Shown here piece after piece: positions 25,563-39,451 of a DNA stretch of 64,000 bases (position 1 is its first letter; every line of letters begins with the position of its first letter). The DNA is taken from assembly GCF_006345805.1 (NCBI RefSeq), contig NC_043009.1, positions 37,758,001-37,822,000 on the forward strand. Reading direction: 5' to 3'. The notes beneath the pieces were generated by a model. The model searched no databases and had not been told where the DNA came from. It saw only the letters and a program-made list of their open reading frames with translations. The translations under genes and the position numbers were made by a program. The DNA is from Octopus sinensis (taxonomy: Eukaryota).

Positions 25563-26106
25563 GTGCAGGCATATCTGTGTGGTAAGAAGCTTGCTTCTCA
25601 ATCACATGGTTTTGGTCCCACTGTGTAGAGCCTTGAGCAAGTGTCTTCTACTATAGCCCTAGGCCAACCAAAGGTTTGTGAGTGGTTTTAGCAAATGGAA
25701 ACTGAAAAAAGCGAGACTTGTTGGGGCAAATGAAATCGAAATTGAACCAAGTTTGATGACTGGCGGGATCACTGACAGAGCAGCTGTCTGGGTTCTGTGC
25801 TGGTGGCACATAAAAAGCACCATTTGAGTGTGATCGTTACCAGCGTCACCTTACTGGCACTTGTGCAAGTGGTATGTAAAAAGCACCATTTCGAATGTGG
25901 CCATTGCCAGTACCGCCAGACTGGCCCTCGTGCCAGTGGCACGTAAAAGCACCCACTACACTCTCAGAGTTGTTGGCATTAGGAAGGGCATCCAGCTGTA
26001 GAAACTCTGCCAGATCAGATTGGAGCCTGGTGCAGCGACCTGGCTCGCCAGTCCTCAGTCAAATTGTCCAACCCATGGAAAGAAGATGTTAAATGATGAT
26101 GATGAT
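25563..26106 (+). mobile_element. long SINE: family-A tRNA-like head joined to family-B body
   Basis: GTGTGGTAAGAAGCTTGC head, internal repeats, (GAT)n tail. Confidence 0.7.
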
Positions 26107-26595
26107 ATATAAAATGTGTAATAAGTATGTGATGTATCCTGCAGTCCATTAGGTATTTTGAGTTTTTACACATCAGACACCCTCACACAGGTAACCCAGC
26201 CAGAGTTGACCAAGCTCCAATTTATGTCCAGTTAGAACTACCCACTTCTAGGGCTTGCACTTCCTGATCTATAATTACCTTGATGAATCCTCTTTGAGGT
26301 CCTTTGTGATGACAAACAGGTTGTAAACTCTGCATAGAAATATTATCTGAATAATTCATTTCAAAATATAGGAAAACTGTAAGATTTTTAATGTGAACTT
26401 GTGTGTGCTGAAACAGATTTTTGTTGTGTCTGGGATGGTCAATATGCCAATAATAAACGCATGCACTGCTGCTGAAGAGAGAGAATTATTCATGAAGTCA
26501 ATAAGAGCAATGAAAGGACTCTGATAAATCCAGCTGCTTGATTGATTGACTGAACGAATAATCAAACAATCAATTAATTAGTTAATTGGTTTGCT

Positions 26596-26982
26596 ACTCT
26601 CTTTTACTCTTACTTGTTTCAGTCATTTGACTGTGGCCATGCTGCAGCACCGCCTTTAGTCGAGTAAATCGACCCCAGGACTTATTCTTTGTAAGCCTAG
26701 TACTTATTCTATCAATCTCTATCGCTGAACCGCTAAGTTATGGGGATGTAAACACACCAGCATCGGTTGTCAAGCGATGTTGGGGTAACAAACACACATA
26801 CATATATATACATATATACGACGGGCTTCTTTCAGTTTCCGTCTACCAAATCCACTCACAAGGCTTTGGTCGGCCCGAGGCTATAGTAGAAGACACTTGC
26901 CCATGGTGCCATGCAGGGGGAATGAACCCGGAACCATGTGGTTGGTAAGCAAGCTACTTACCACACAGCCACTCCTGCGCCT
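26596..26982 (-). mobile_element. SINE family A, full length, well preserved
   Basis: On -: AGGCGCAGGAGTGGCTGTGTGGTAAG...GGTTCATTCCC...ACAAGTAAGAG. Confidence 0.88.
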
Positions 26983-27079
26983 AGTTGACTAATAATAATA
27001 AAAGAAGTGAAACGGAACTAGTGTGTGCTTACTGTTGGCATAATGACTTTCTTGAGATAAAACAAAATGGTTACATAAA

Positions 27080-27312
27080 AGGCGGCGAGCTGGCAGAGTC
27101 GTTAGCATGCCGGGCAAAATGCTTAGCGGTATTTCGTCTGCCGCTACGTTCTGAGTTCAAATTCCGCCGAGGTCGACTTTGCCTTTCATCCTTTCGGGGT
27201 CGATTAAATAAGTACCAGTTACGCACTGTGGTCGATATAATCGACCTAATCCGTTTGTCTGTCCTTGTTCGTCCCCTCTGTGTTTAGCCCCTTCTGGGTA
27301 GTAAAGAAATAG
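27080..27312 (+). mobile_element. SINE family D, full length
   Basis: AAGGCGGCGAGCTGGCAGA...GTTCAAATTCC...AAAGAAATAGG. Confidence 0.88.
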
Positions 27313-27794
27313 GTTACATAAAACTTTGAGTAACTGAAATGATGCCTCTCTCTAAACCAGAATCGAATGCATATGGCTCATGGTCTCCAATTATTTACTT
27401 CAAATTCAATATTAATGTGTAAGAGTAAAATAATGAACTCAGCTCTTCAACTATAACTCATTCCTCCTTTCTGATAACTATTTTAATTATTTCTAAATAT
27501 ATCATAAGTTTGTGGAGGTGTATGACTTAGTGGTTGGGGGTGTTGGCTCATGAGCGTAAGATTGTGGTTTCAATTCCTGGACTGGGTGATATATTGTGTG
27601 CTTGAGCAAAACACTTCTTTCATGATATTTCAGGCCATTCAGCTGATAAGGATGAGTAATCCTTCAACAGGCCAACGTCCCATCCAGGGAGGAATATATA
27701 TATATATATATGCCAGAGAAACTTGAAAACTGACCTATGTTCCTTATAGAGCAATGTGGACAAACCATATATATCTATGTCAAGTACACACAAC

Positions 27795-28141
27795 TCTTTT
27801 ACTTGTTTCAGTCATTTGACTGTGGCCATGCTGGAGCACCGCCTTTAATCGAACAACTCGACCCCAGGACTTATTCTTTTTGTAAGCCCAGTACTTATTC
27901 TATCAATCTCTTTTGCCGAACCGCTAAGTAACGGGGACAAACACAGACATGCAAACACACACACGCACATATATATATGCATATATACGACGGGCTTCTT
28001 TTCAGTTTCCGTCTATCAAATCCACTCACAAGGCTTTGGTCAGCCCGAGGCTATAGTAGAAGACACTTGCCCAAGGTGCCACACAGTGGGACTGAACCCG
28101 GAACCATGTGGTTGGTAAACAAACTACTTACCACACAGCCA
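27795..28141 (-). mobile_element. SINE family A
   Basis: Similar to 26596-26982. Confidence 0.85.
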
Positions 28142-28637
28142 TATAAGTTTTAAAATATCTTTTTACTACTGGCAAATAATTTTAGGAATAAAATGAATTT
28201 CAAACAAGAGAATATTTTAAAAGTGAATTATATTATATGGTCCTGCCAGAATTGTTAGATAGTTTCTTCACAGTATACAAATCAATTCTGTTATAAATTT
28301 TATTAGCCAGCTTTTGCCAACCAAACTGATAACATTAAAAATAGACACCAAAACTCTAAATCTTGTTTTGTTTAATATCAGTTCTTTTTCTGTGTTGGTA
28401 TGCTTTGATGGGAGGAAACTGAGGTAAGATTTTATGGCTTGACACACTTCCTGTCACCATGACTAGTTTTGCAAGTAAGAGATTTTACTGTAATTTCAGA
28501 GGAATTTGAATGTACAGAAATTGCAGATCATTTGTTGACTGAAAATGTCAATGAAGGACACTGGTTGCAGTTCAGACATAGCCCAACATTCACACATAGA
28601 TATACATATACAAATACACACACACATACACATATAT

Positions 28638-28926
28638 CATCATCATCATCAACGTTTAACGTCCGTTTTCCGTGCTAGCACGGGTTGGATGGTTCGACTG
28701 GGGTCTGGGAAACCAGGAGTGTTTCTACAGCTGGATGCCCTTCCTAACACCAACCACTCCGTGAGTGTAGTGGGTGCTTTTTACGTGCCACTGGCACAGG
28801 TGCCAGGGGAGTCTGGCAGCAGCCACGATCAGTTGGTGCTTTTTACGTGCCACCGGCACAGAAGCCAGTCAAGGCAGCGCTGGCATCGGCCACATTCAGA
28901 TGGTGCTTTTTATGTGCCACCGGCAC
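28638..28926 (-). mobile_element. SINE family B
   Basis: Family core and internal repeats. Confidence 0.8.
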
Positions 28927-28959
28927 ATATATATATATATATATATATATACTTATACA

Positions 28960-29160
28960 TATAAGGAGGTGCTGAAAAGTTCCTGGCTTTGGGTAAAAGA
29001 AAATACAGTAGTATCAATTAATTAGGATTTTATTCAACATATTCCCTTCTCAGATTCACATGCTTATTTGCAGCAGTCTTTCAATTTTTCTAAGTCCTGT
29101 AAAAGAACTTGGATGGGCCTCCAACTGAGCCTTTTGTGATACTCTCAAAGCCAGGAACTT
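28960..29160. mobile_element. mariner-like terminal fragment
   Basis: GAGGTGCTGAAAAGTTCCTGGCTTTGGGTAAAAGAAAATACAG; a similar end occurs near 40830. Confidence 0.5.
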
Positions 29161-29679
29161 TTCAGTACCCCTTCATACATAGATACACACATATACTTCC
29201 ATCAATTTCTGTTTACAAAAGCCTCTTGAAGAGAAATGGTCAAAGGCTACAGTGGCAGCCATTTGCTGAGTGTGCCACTGAACTCAGATCCACATAGTTA
29301 AAAAGAAAATTTCTTAACTACATTACTATGTCTGCTTTTGACAATAAATATTCTATTTCACTTCATGGAATTTTTTTTTCCTTCACAATTGAAAGCCAAA
29401 TGAAAATTGATGTGTTTAGAAAAGTAGTAACCAAACAGCTTCAATTATTTGCACAATTCAATTAAAATTACTTGTTATAACTGAAATTCTTTTGTTTTGA
29501 AATGGTATAGATGACATCCATAATTTGTGGCATCAGAATATTTGACAGGTCACACCACATAGACTCTGCAAACACATACAGACAGCTGCTCTTAAAATGA
29601 AATATAAATTTAATATAAAATCCTTGTTGTAAATCAAATATATTGAAAATCTGAAGTAATGAAAGTTAAATGCTGAAAC

Positions 29680-29724
<45 letters not shown>

Positions 29725-31538
29725 GAATAATAATTATATATAAAATAAATAAATAAAACAAATGATAGGTTTAATAAAAATTTATTCTGTACAGATGATG
29801 TGAAATGCCATTAAAAGCTTCAGACTGTTTTTGTGATTGGTATTAGCACTTATTTAGTGTAGAAGTGGAGGGGGTCAGGGGTGAGTAGGTTATTGAAATG
29901 ACTCATATAGCATATATCTTTTCTTGTATTAGTATACACATACACACACACATATACACACGCATCTATACATACATACATACATACAATGAAAACAGTC
30001 AGAATAAAATTCTAGCTTTGGAAATGAAATATTATTTTCTCCAACTAAATTTGCTTCTAAAAAAAAAAAAAAAAAAGTGATGAAAACTTCAAAATAATTT
30101 CTGAGAAATGTTAGCAGGATCTCTTTTAACCATTTTTTTTTTTTCATAAATGTTTCTTTTATAAAATCTAAATTATTTCAAGAAACAGAACAAAGGGAAA
30201 TAATCATTGACAGAAAAATAAGAGTTATATTTTCTCATTTCATTTGTGTTTTGCATGTGGGTGTTTGAATAATATTATTAAAAAAAAAAAAAAAAAAAAA
30301 CCCAGCCCAGAAGGTTCTTTAAAAATTTAAATTTTCATTTAGTTTAACAAGATATGCAAATATTGTGCTAAGAAGAAAAAAAAAAGGCCCCCAAAGAAGG
30401 AATTGAACAAAATTTCTGCTGAACGAAGAAGCCGTATTGTGTGGTCTGTCATTGCTCCTCTCTATCAACTCCTTAACAATTACACATGAAGCTGAAGCTC
30501 TTGTTGTATTAGATGTTAATTATAATAATAAAGCTACAACAAATGAAGTCATTACTAGAGCTGAACTATCTAAAAGTACATATTTTCATTCATTTCAAAT
30601 TTCAATCACGTTGTATTTTTATAAAATACGTTTGACTTTGGTTACAAATGGGAAAATTAAGAAGTCTGAAGAAAAGAATACTTTCAAATTAAAACAGCTG
30701 AAATGAATAGAAAAATTCAGAGCAAAACTGGGTAGGATTTAATGTTCACTAAAGTGAAATTATTTTTGTTTTACCATGATAAAAATAGTAAATATGTGTT
30801 TTTATTTTTATTTATTCAGAGCTATACCAATAGGACAACATAGCTTAGAAGTCAGAAAGCAGAGGAAAACATATTCATTTACTTTTTTTAATAACTTTAA
30901 TTAATTTAAATAAAAATTCAAAATTAGAAAGAATGAAATAATCTAAATACACGAAAAATGAAAAAAATGATTTGTCAGTTGTTTTATTATTATTGGGTTA
31001 AAAAGAAAATCAACTGTGAACTTTAAGCTTTCACCATTGAGTATGAATTAAAATTGTGAATTGTATATTTGTGCCTACATGGTAGACAGCTACCATAGTG
31101 ACAACAGCAAAAATATCTTGTCATTGCTGTCAACACTATTTTTGTTAGCTAAGATTCAAGGTTAACATTCCAAGAGAAAAGAAGGTTGGAAGACAACATG
31201 TGGAACTGTCAAAAAATAATTTCAAGAGGTTTTATTATTAGATTTAATTAACATAGCAGTTGAAGTTTTGAGTTCAGCTGCTTGAAAGGAAACATTTACT
31301 TTGTAATTCTAGCTTTAAATTCTTTTAAAATTTGTTTATTTATGAAGTATTAAATTCATTAGAAAACATCTTAATATTATCATTAACTTGTTGCTAGAAT
31401 ATATATATATATATATATGTTTGTTTATGCCATAAGAATTTAGTAACTTTGAGAGAAATGAAATAAATCAGTTTTAGTGATGGTACTCAAAGTAGATAAG
31501 GCTATAAATAATAGCATAGCATTTAAGTATTGGGTTAA

Positions 31539-31686
31539 AGGACCCCTTGGAAGGAAAAAGTTGAAGGCTCGCAGTGGAACTTAAACTTACATCTTTTGTA
31601 AACATGACATACACTCCACCATTATACAAATGATGGGGATTCGACTCCCACAGGGAGCCTTTAACTTTTCCCATCCAAGGGGATCT
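31539..31686. mobile_element. 148-bp MITE with TTAA flanks (Kolobok-like ends)
   Basis: TTAA|AGGACCCCTTGG...CCAAGGGGATCT|TTAA; imperfect TIRs of about 43 bp. Confidence 0.75.
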
Positions 31687-34600
31687 TTAACCTGATATTT
31701 ACACTATTTGTTCTTTTATTAGTTTGTCATTTGACTGTGGCCATGATGGAGCACTGCCTTGATGCTTGAAGCACATTTATATTTTATTTATTTGGAATTC
31801 TACCATTACTGATATGCATGTGTGTGTGTGTGTGTATAATCAGGACAACTAAATATGTTGTTAACGTTATTTCTTAACATTCCAAACTGGTTTCTGTCAA
31901 CAAGAGTTATACTTAGAACTTGAATTAAATGTTAAAGTGAAATCTATAATCTAATTTAGCTATTCTATTTTAATTTCTGTAGTTTATTTTTTTTTAATAT
32001 TGTTCTAGCAGATACAGTTTCAGCTCTTAAATATTTTCATCAACATGGCACAGACATGGTTAAGAAGCTCATTTTGCAACCATGCAGTTTCAGGTTCACT
32101 CCCACTGTACAGCACCATGGGAAAATGGAAAATGTCTTCTACTATAGTCCCTGACCAACTAATGACTTGTGAGTGAATTTGGTAGATGGAATGTGTGTGT
32201 CATGTATGTGTCTTTGTGTCTGTCCTATGCTATTTGACAACCAGTGTTGGTTTGTTTACAACCCTTAACTTAGCAGTTTGCTAAAAGAAGCTGATAAAAT
32301 AAGTACCACACTGGAGTGAATTTGTTTGACTAAACCCTTCAAGGCAGTGCTCCAGCATGGCTGCAGTCTAATGGCTGAAACTATAACCAATGACTAACAA
32401 AGTATTCTTTTTAAAAAATTGGGTTGCTACTTGTGGGATGAATGCTCTCATGGAACTGGGTATTACTTACTCAACATTACCATACAATAAACTTGTGTGT
32501 AATAAATATTGGTTTCAAATTTTGGTAGAAGGCCAGCTGTTTTGGTGAGAAGGGGGAAAGCTGATTACATCAACCCCAGTGCTCAACTGGTACTTATTTT
32601 ATCAACCCTGAAAGGAAAAGTCAACCTCAGCAGAATTTGAACTCAGAATGTAAAGACAGATGAAATACTGCTAAACATTTTGCCCAGCATGCTAACAATT
32701 CTGTTAGCTTGCCACCTTGTGTAATAAATATTACAAGTTTGGGAACATAACTTTACTGGCTTGCTATATTACACTCAAATAATCATTAAGGAAATAATAC
32801 TGTATATGTCCATATATATATATATATATATATATATAACACATACACACGTTTATAATATATGTATGTATACACAATATTATTAACATGACACATGTAG
32901 AGTTGGGCATGCCACAGGAGGTGGAACTGGAAGTCGGTCCACTCCAATATAATAGCATAAAAGATTTAACCCTATAACCAGTATGGTCTCCGTTCATTAG
33001 TGACTGTTCGTTATTACTTATAGCTATATACGAGTTCCTTCAGCTTCATAATTTCATGTCAGCTTTTCATGCTAGCATTGAGTTGGATGGGTTGTTATGG
33101 TCCAAATCGGTTCTTATTCAGAGTTACTGCCCCTGTGGACTGGTCAGAGGTCCATATTTTGTTTGTATGGTTTACACACACACACACACACACATATAAC
33201 TACCATCAGCTATAACTTGAGCCAACAAGAGATCTTTTAATTTAACAAGGGAGCGTCTTGAGTCAGCATGGTTGCTGACTTGCTAGAAATAGCAATCAAA
33301 ATTTTTCTAAAATCATACTCTACCATCTTAGAAGAAGAAAAGACATTTAAAAATGTAGTCTTAGATGCCCATAGACTACAATGTCTTTGATCATAGGCCA
33401 GCTTGATCAGAGCTGAGCTGGTCTAGATGATGACAGTATAAAGCACATAAAACTTGTTAATCTAAATGAAAATCAAATCAATCTTGAAGAGAAAAAATTA
33501 TGAAATCATTAAAAGTGATTTTAAAATTCTTATAATTCGACTTTATTGTTTCTAAAATATACTTTTAATATCATTAGGTGTATGGGTTGGCTGGTCTTGC
33601 AAAACTTAATACTTTTATGAACTATAGAAGCTTGTTTTGACATATTTTAAGAACTGATGTTTATCCTATGCTAATTAATCAATCATCTATAATTTGGGAG
33701 TATTGCCTATATACATCCGAATTGAATGAGACAAGCAGATGTATGTCAATAAAATTCACAGCACATGTCTGTCTGTGATGAGATTTGATCTCATGACCTT
33801 TGGGCTGGTAGTGTAGCACCTTAATAATATAAGTGTTGCAACTATGATTAAAATTATTTCTATACAACATAATACTATGACTCCCACCCTGATTAAGAAC
33901 GTTAATTACAAGTCTTATTATGTGTAAGATGAATGTCAATGTGATTAGATGAAGAAGAAAGATTTCGGTTGAGATGTTGTACCCCAGGAAATCGTTTAGG
34001 AATATAGAATGAATAAATAAAATAAAAGTAAAATAATTTAGTTGTATAAAATACAAAGTTTGTCTGTGAAATAAATTAAAGCTCGTTTTCTTATGAATCA
34101 AATCAATTTTAGAGGGTAATAATATTTGAAATTCCTGATTGTTTTTTAGCTTTTTCTTCTATCAAACAAAATGTTAGAGAAACATATGAAAATTAATAAA
34201 TACATTAAAAAAAATCATGCCGTAATTCTTAAAAAAATTTTTGATCTTTGGCATAGTACTGGAACTGTTTATGAAAGAAAAGTACTTTATAACCAATATA
34301 TATTTGATGGAAAGAACATAAATATCACTAATTAAAAAAAAAAAAAATTAAACTAGAATTATTCTGATGTTTCCATCTGAAATTGCCAAAGAGGACCAGA
34401 CATATTTTCTCGGAAATGGTTTTTTTTTTGTTGTTCTTTTACTCCGTCTACAACAGTTTCCAGAAAGCAATAATCAGTTTATTTAACTGGCATTGTTATT
34501 CTAGAAAAATAATAAACAGCCTTACATGTTTATCAAGTTTTAAGTAGAGAAGGGAAGACAGCTCCGTTATCTGGTATATAAGTAGCCAGCATTATTATTT

Positions 34601-34726
34601 TGTCTGAGACAGAATCATTAATGGAATTGGTCAAGTTTGCTTAATGGTTGTAAGTCAACACTAATTACTGCACTCGTACAAAAGTGTTGAATACACCATA
34701 TTACATTATATATATATATATTATAT

Positions 34727-34774
<48 letters not shown>

Positions 34775-35556
34775 TATGCTTAAGATTAGACAGATTTTTA
34801 TTTAATGAATCATCGTGTGTTGCAGGAAAAAAAAATTTTCTTTTTCTTTTGAAACTTCTCTTCATGTTTTGATCCCTGTAAGCTCACAGTATAAAAAAAT
34901 GCTGATCAAACATTGTTGCTGAGACAGAGTTGAATATATTATATTATATTATATATTATATATTTAAAAAGATGTCACAAATTATCAAATATAGCAATTG
35001 TGTTTATCTGTTTACGTTTTGTTGGGGGGTTTGGAGAGCTGAAGATATAAATAAAAATTGCTTGCAATGAATCGTTTTTTTTTTAATTCTTTCTTTCTTT
35101 CTTTCTTTCATAAACAACATGTCTGTCAAGACTGGAAAATAGAATTTGAGATAGCAGATAAACTGTATGGGGGGTGGGATATGAAAAAAAAAATGATTAT
35201 TTAACTGTTGAAAGCACATCAAATCAAGTCACTGCATAAAGAGGACTTAATAATAACAGTGGTTCAGTGAAAATGAATAAGATAAAATTGAGAAATATAA
35301 TATTTATATATATTGACAATAAACTCCAGTACTTTAAGCATCTTGAGATGATGTTAGTTTTCTTGCCATCTTCCACAGCCAGTATGTATTAGCAGTGACT
35401 AGCTTTTCCTTTCTTCCTGGAAGAAATATGAACATCAAAGCAGTACTAACTGCAACTATACTCCTTCTAGATCAGTTCGGACATTTAAAAAAAAAAAAAG
35501 CATAACATACCAAATAAAATACAGTCGAGTTACAAACTGGAACTCGCTAAATTTTA

Positions 35557-37247
35557 TCATACATATTCCTCATCTGATTTTGCCCCAACATTTGTAACAA
35601 CTTCAGGCTGCAAATTTTGGCTTTGCTCATTGTCCGGCAATGATGCAATATCTTTAAAAACACCAACTAATTTTTCAAAATTTGGCCCCCACGTAAGCAA
35701 ATAATCTAAGTCAAATGAACCTACAGTACCTCGATTCTTTGATTTGTCTTCATCAGAAGATACAAGGGTGCTATATGATTCACCGGCAGAATCTAAGCCG
35801 TCGTAATCAAATGTTCTATTGTCTACAGGGCTCTCATCATTTTCATTCTCTACTTCAGTTAGTTTTGAATATATCATTGAGCCAGGCTCAAAGTCATTAC
35901 GGACTCGTTCAGTGTCATATTCAAATTCTGAACAAGTAAAAGAGTCATTAGCACTTCCATTTGAGCTAGAATCTTGAGCATCCAGCAGACCACTACTATT
36001 TAGGTTATCACTTGCTTTGCCCCACTTAGCAATGTTCTCATCACTTGAACTTACTGATTCTCGCATACTTTCAGGATTTGTAGAATCAGGACAAGTGTTT
36101 AGTCTATTTACTTCTTCTACAGTGAATCCTTTCATACGATTCCCTCTACCATTATTAGAGCTACTTCTTGGAGCTGGCTGAGGCTTTAATGCAACTTTAG
36201 GTTTAGATTTGCCAGGTTTTCCTGTGCAGTTGTCTGAGGATGCTGAGTGTGAATTCCAATGATTATTTGAACTGGAGGTCAGTACACTGGGGTTTTGATG
36301 TGCCAGAAGATTCATTGGGCTTTGTCTAACTCCTACAGGTGCAGGGCTGCTGCGAGCTAAGTTGTTGAGATGCATCGGGCTACTGCGAGCTGGTACAGAT
36401 AAAGGTCCATTATAATTTAAAGCGTTTGAAGCTGGAACATTACTGGACCACATCATATTTTGTTGAGGATTTGCAATATAAGGATGTCGATAAGTAAGGA
36501 GATTAGAATTAGGTTTATATTTATTGACTTTGCCATCTCTAAATCCTTTATAATGAGTGACAATATCAATATCCGAAGGCGCTATACTGCTGGCATTCTC
36601 TAAATCGTAATGTTCTGGTACATCATCATTGAGGTGAACGCTTTGAGAAAGATCACCATTTTCAATTATTACAGTTCCATCTTCCATTTCAAGAGGCACC
36701 ACAGGGTGGCTTTCAGATTCAATAATATCAGGCCTTGGCATACAGCTATTATCATGGGCTTTTTGAGCTAATTCTTCAAGAATATGATTACGGATAATTA
36801 TTTCATCCGGTATACCGTTTCCTTCCACATATTCCGCCTCACTGTAGGTCTGACTGCTGGTTTTTAAATTACTATTTTTCCTTCTCTGATGGCAAAATTT
36901 ATTCAACATTCCAGATTTGTTGTTCTTATTATGTTGCTGATCGATGTGCCGCCGTCGCCGATAGAACACAATGAGACCAACAATAATCAAGATTAAGATT
37001 AGAAGAATTAATAGCGGAAGTAAAATCTTCAGCAGCAAGCCAAGGTCTACTGATGAGTAAGGGAGACATTTGTATGTCGACGCTTCTATTTCACATGTCA
37101 TACCACTTTCACAAGGATTGGTAGCACACAAGCTTGGGCAGTTGGAACTGACGTTTCCTACTGGACTCACATCAAATCTATCCGTAGATCCACCAAATGG
37201 CATTTTCTGACCATTGAGAAAGAAATCTTCTAAACAACCTTCAAAAC
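35557..37247 (-). CDS. FAT4: Fat4/ft cadherin terminal exon: end of LamG2, EGF, TM (about 36961-37026), cytoplasmic tail
   Basis: ttttcag|GT TTT GAA GGT TGT, phase 1; EHYDLENASSIAPSDIDIV.HYK, SFTCSEFEYD, LLTWGPNFEKLVGVFKDIA and C-terminal EEYV* are hallmark Ft/Fat4 motifs. Confidence 0.95.
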
Positions 37248-37659
37248 CTGAAAATAAACAAGAGAAAAGTACAATGAGCATGGGTGAAATTTGATGTAAT
37301 TTATTGGATAAACATTAAAACATTTCAGTACTTGATAAAAGTTAATTAAAATGTCATTTATTGATAATTATAAAACTGGTACTAGAAACATTCTTATCAT
37401 TATCATCATCATTCTGTAATGTTCATTTTTTCATGCTTTGCATGGTTCAGTTGGAATTTATTGAGGAAGATTTTCTATGGTTGGATGCCCTTTCTGTTGC
37501 CAACTATTACCAGTTCCTAGGTTAGAATGCATTATAATAGGTGCAGGCATGGGTCTGTGGTTTAGAAGTTTGCTTCCTAACCACATGGTTTCAGGTTCAG
37601 TCTCACTGCATGACATTCTGGGAGACAGAAACTGAAAGAAGTTTGTCATACATATATAT

Positions 37660-38050
37660 TTCTTTATTGCCCACAAGGGACTAAACATAGAGGGGACAAA
37701 CAAGGACAGACAAACGGATTAAGTCGATTACATCAACCCCAGTGCATAACTGGTACTTTATTTATTGACCCTGAAAGGATGAAAGGCAAAGTTGACCTCG
37801 GTGGAATTTGAACTCAGAACGTAACGGCTGACGAAATACCTATTTCTTTACTACCCATAAGGGGCTAAACAAGGACAGACAAAGGAATTAGGTCAATTAG
37901 ATCACCCCAGTGCGTCACTGGTACTTTATTTATCGACCCTGAAAGGATGAAAAGCAAAGTCGACCTCGGTGGAATTTGAACTCAGAACGTAATGACAGAC
38001 GAAATACCGCTAAGCATTTCGGCTGGCACACTAATGTTTCTGCCTGCTCG
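37660..38050 (-). mobile_element. cluster of 2-3 tandem SINE family D copies
   Basis: Repeated GGATGAAAGGCAAAGT..ACCTCGG.GGAATTTGAACTCAGAACG. Confidence 0.8.
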
Positions 38051-38227
38051 CTGCCATAATGTTTGTCAAACATATATGTATGTGTGTATTTATACGTGTG
38101 TGTGTGTGCGTGTCTCCTTGCGTAGACAGTCTGATAGTTGTAAATGATTATCACTGTCATATAAGCAGTGTCATTCATTTTCAATATTTCATGGAATATC
38201 TCTAGCTGTGGAGAAATACTGAGACCC

Positions 38228-38545
38228 CCTTCAGTCATGACTGACCATGGGATTGCACCTAGAAAGTTACCCTCCCAAGCACAAGTCCGGGCAAGGTTGT
38301 TTATGGAAGACCAACAGTCACCCATGCATACCAGCCTCCCCTCACCACGCCACCAGTGTTATCCAAGGGAAAGGCAAAGGCCGATAAAGCTTGGCACCTG
38401 TGACGTCACAACTCATTTCTACAGCTGACTGAACCGGAGCAACGTGAAATAAAGTGTCTAGCTCAAGAACACAACATGCAGCCCAGTCCGGGATTCGAAC
38501 TCACAACCTCATGATCGTAAGCTCGATGCTCTAACCACTGAGCCA
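38228..38545 (-). mobile_element. tRNA-derived SINE family E
   Basis: On -: GGCGCATGGCTCAGTGGTTAGAGC...GAGTTCGAATCCC A/B boxes; second copy at 62570-62910. Confidence 0.8.
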
Positions 38546-38812
38546 TGCGCCTTCACTGAGAAATATTACCTTGCTTAGAAACAGCTGAGGGTTGATGACA
38601 GGAAAGGAATCCAGACAGAAAATCTGGCTCAATAGACCCCATTTGACCCATGCAAGCATGGAAAAATGGACATTAAAACAAAGATATGGGTTATCTAATG
38701 TACAGCTAAATAATCTATCATAATCCTATGTTAACAAATAATTTTATAAATATTTCTTTTGAGAATTTTTTTTATTTTGTTGTAAATATTTTTTTATAGT
38801 TATAGCCTTTAC

Positions 38813-38956
38813 CTGGTACAGTTTCCTTGTGAATTGATAAAGAATGTTTTGTGTTGGCCAAGAACATCACTTCAACATCCACAGAAGAAATATCTAATGG
38901 GTTGGAGATGAATACCTGGGTCTTCTCATTTTCCCCTTCAACTGTTACACTGTCCC
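38813..38956 (-). CDS. FAT4: Fat4 exon (LamG2)
   Basis: ccacag|GG GAC...CCA G|gtaaag, 144 nt, phase 1/1, open frame GDSVTVEGE...VEVMFLANTK. Confidence 0.85.
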
Positions 38957-39144
38957 CTGTGGAATAAAAAGATAAAATAAGAACTTGATACTTTTCATAT
39001 TGGAATACCTAAAATATTTTTCTTTTTTTTTTTGTAATATATACAAATTTAGAATATTCAGTAGAATTGGTAAAAGGTAAAAAAACCCCCCAAAGAATGA
39101 AAAAAACAAAACATAGATATGCTTAGAAATTCAAGGTGTCATAC

Positions 39145-39265
39145 CTTCCATGTGCACAGAAACTGTATACCAAGAATGGATGGAGACATTTAATGCCAAG
39201 GGAGCACTGGAGACAAAACCATTGTGATTCTGTCCAGCTAAAAACAGAGGTTGACTATTGTTTAC
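39145..39265 (-). CDS. FAT4: Fat4 exon (LamG2)
   Basis: tttacag|GTA AAC...GAA G|gtatga, 121 nt, phase 0/1, VNNSQPLFL...SWYTVSVHME. Confidence 0.85.
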
Positions 39266-39372
39266 CTGTAAATAAATAGGAAATCGATGTTTAAATTTTC
39301 ATGATTGAAATATAAACTGTTGCAACAAAGCAATAAATAAATAAAGATCACCCTTCTCCCATGGTGCGTTTG

Positions 39373-39447
<75 letters not shown>

Positions 39448-39451
39448 TATA

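Noticed and set aside
26920-26982. tRNA-like A/B boxes here and at other SINE heads (e.g. 38480-38545)
   Set aside because: These are SINE heads with no complete cloverleaf or acceptor stem, not tRNA genes
30520-30569. Short - strand acceptor plus xSSALVMTSFVVALLL*, resembling a GPI signal
   Set aside because: No upstream exons or gene found; likely chance in AT-rich sequence
31590-31692. Apparent CUB-domain-like exon on - (CGSRIP / HHLYNGGVYVMFTKD followed by gtaagt)
   Set aside because: Needs a frameshift, has no polypyrimidine tract, and lies almost entirely within a TIR-defined MITE
33679-34101. 140-aa - strand ORF
   Set aside because: Low-complexity AT-rich composition with no domain features; probably UTR or intergenic
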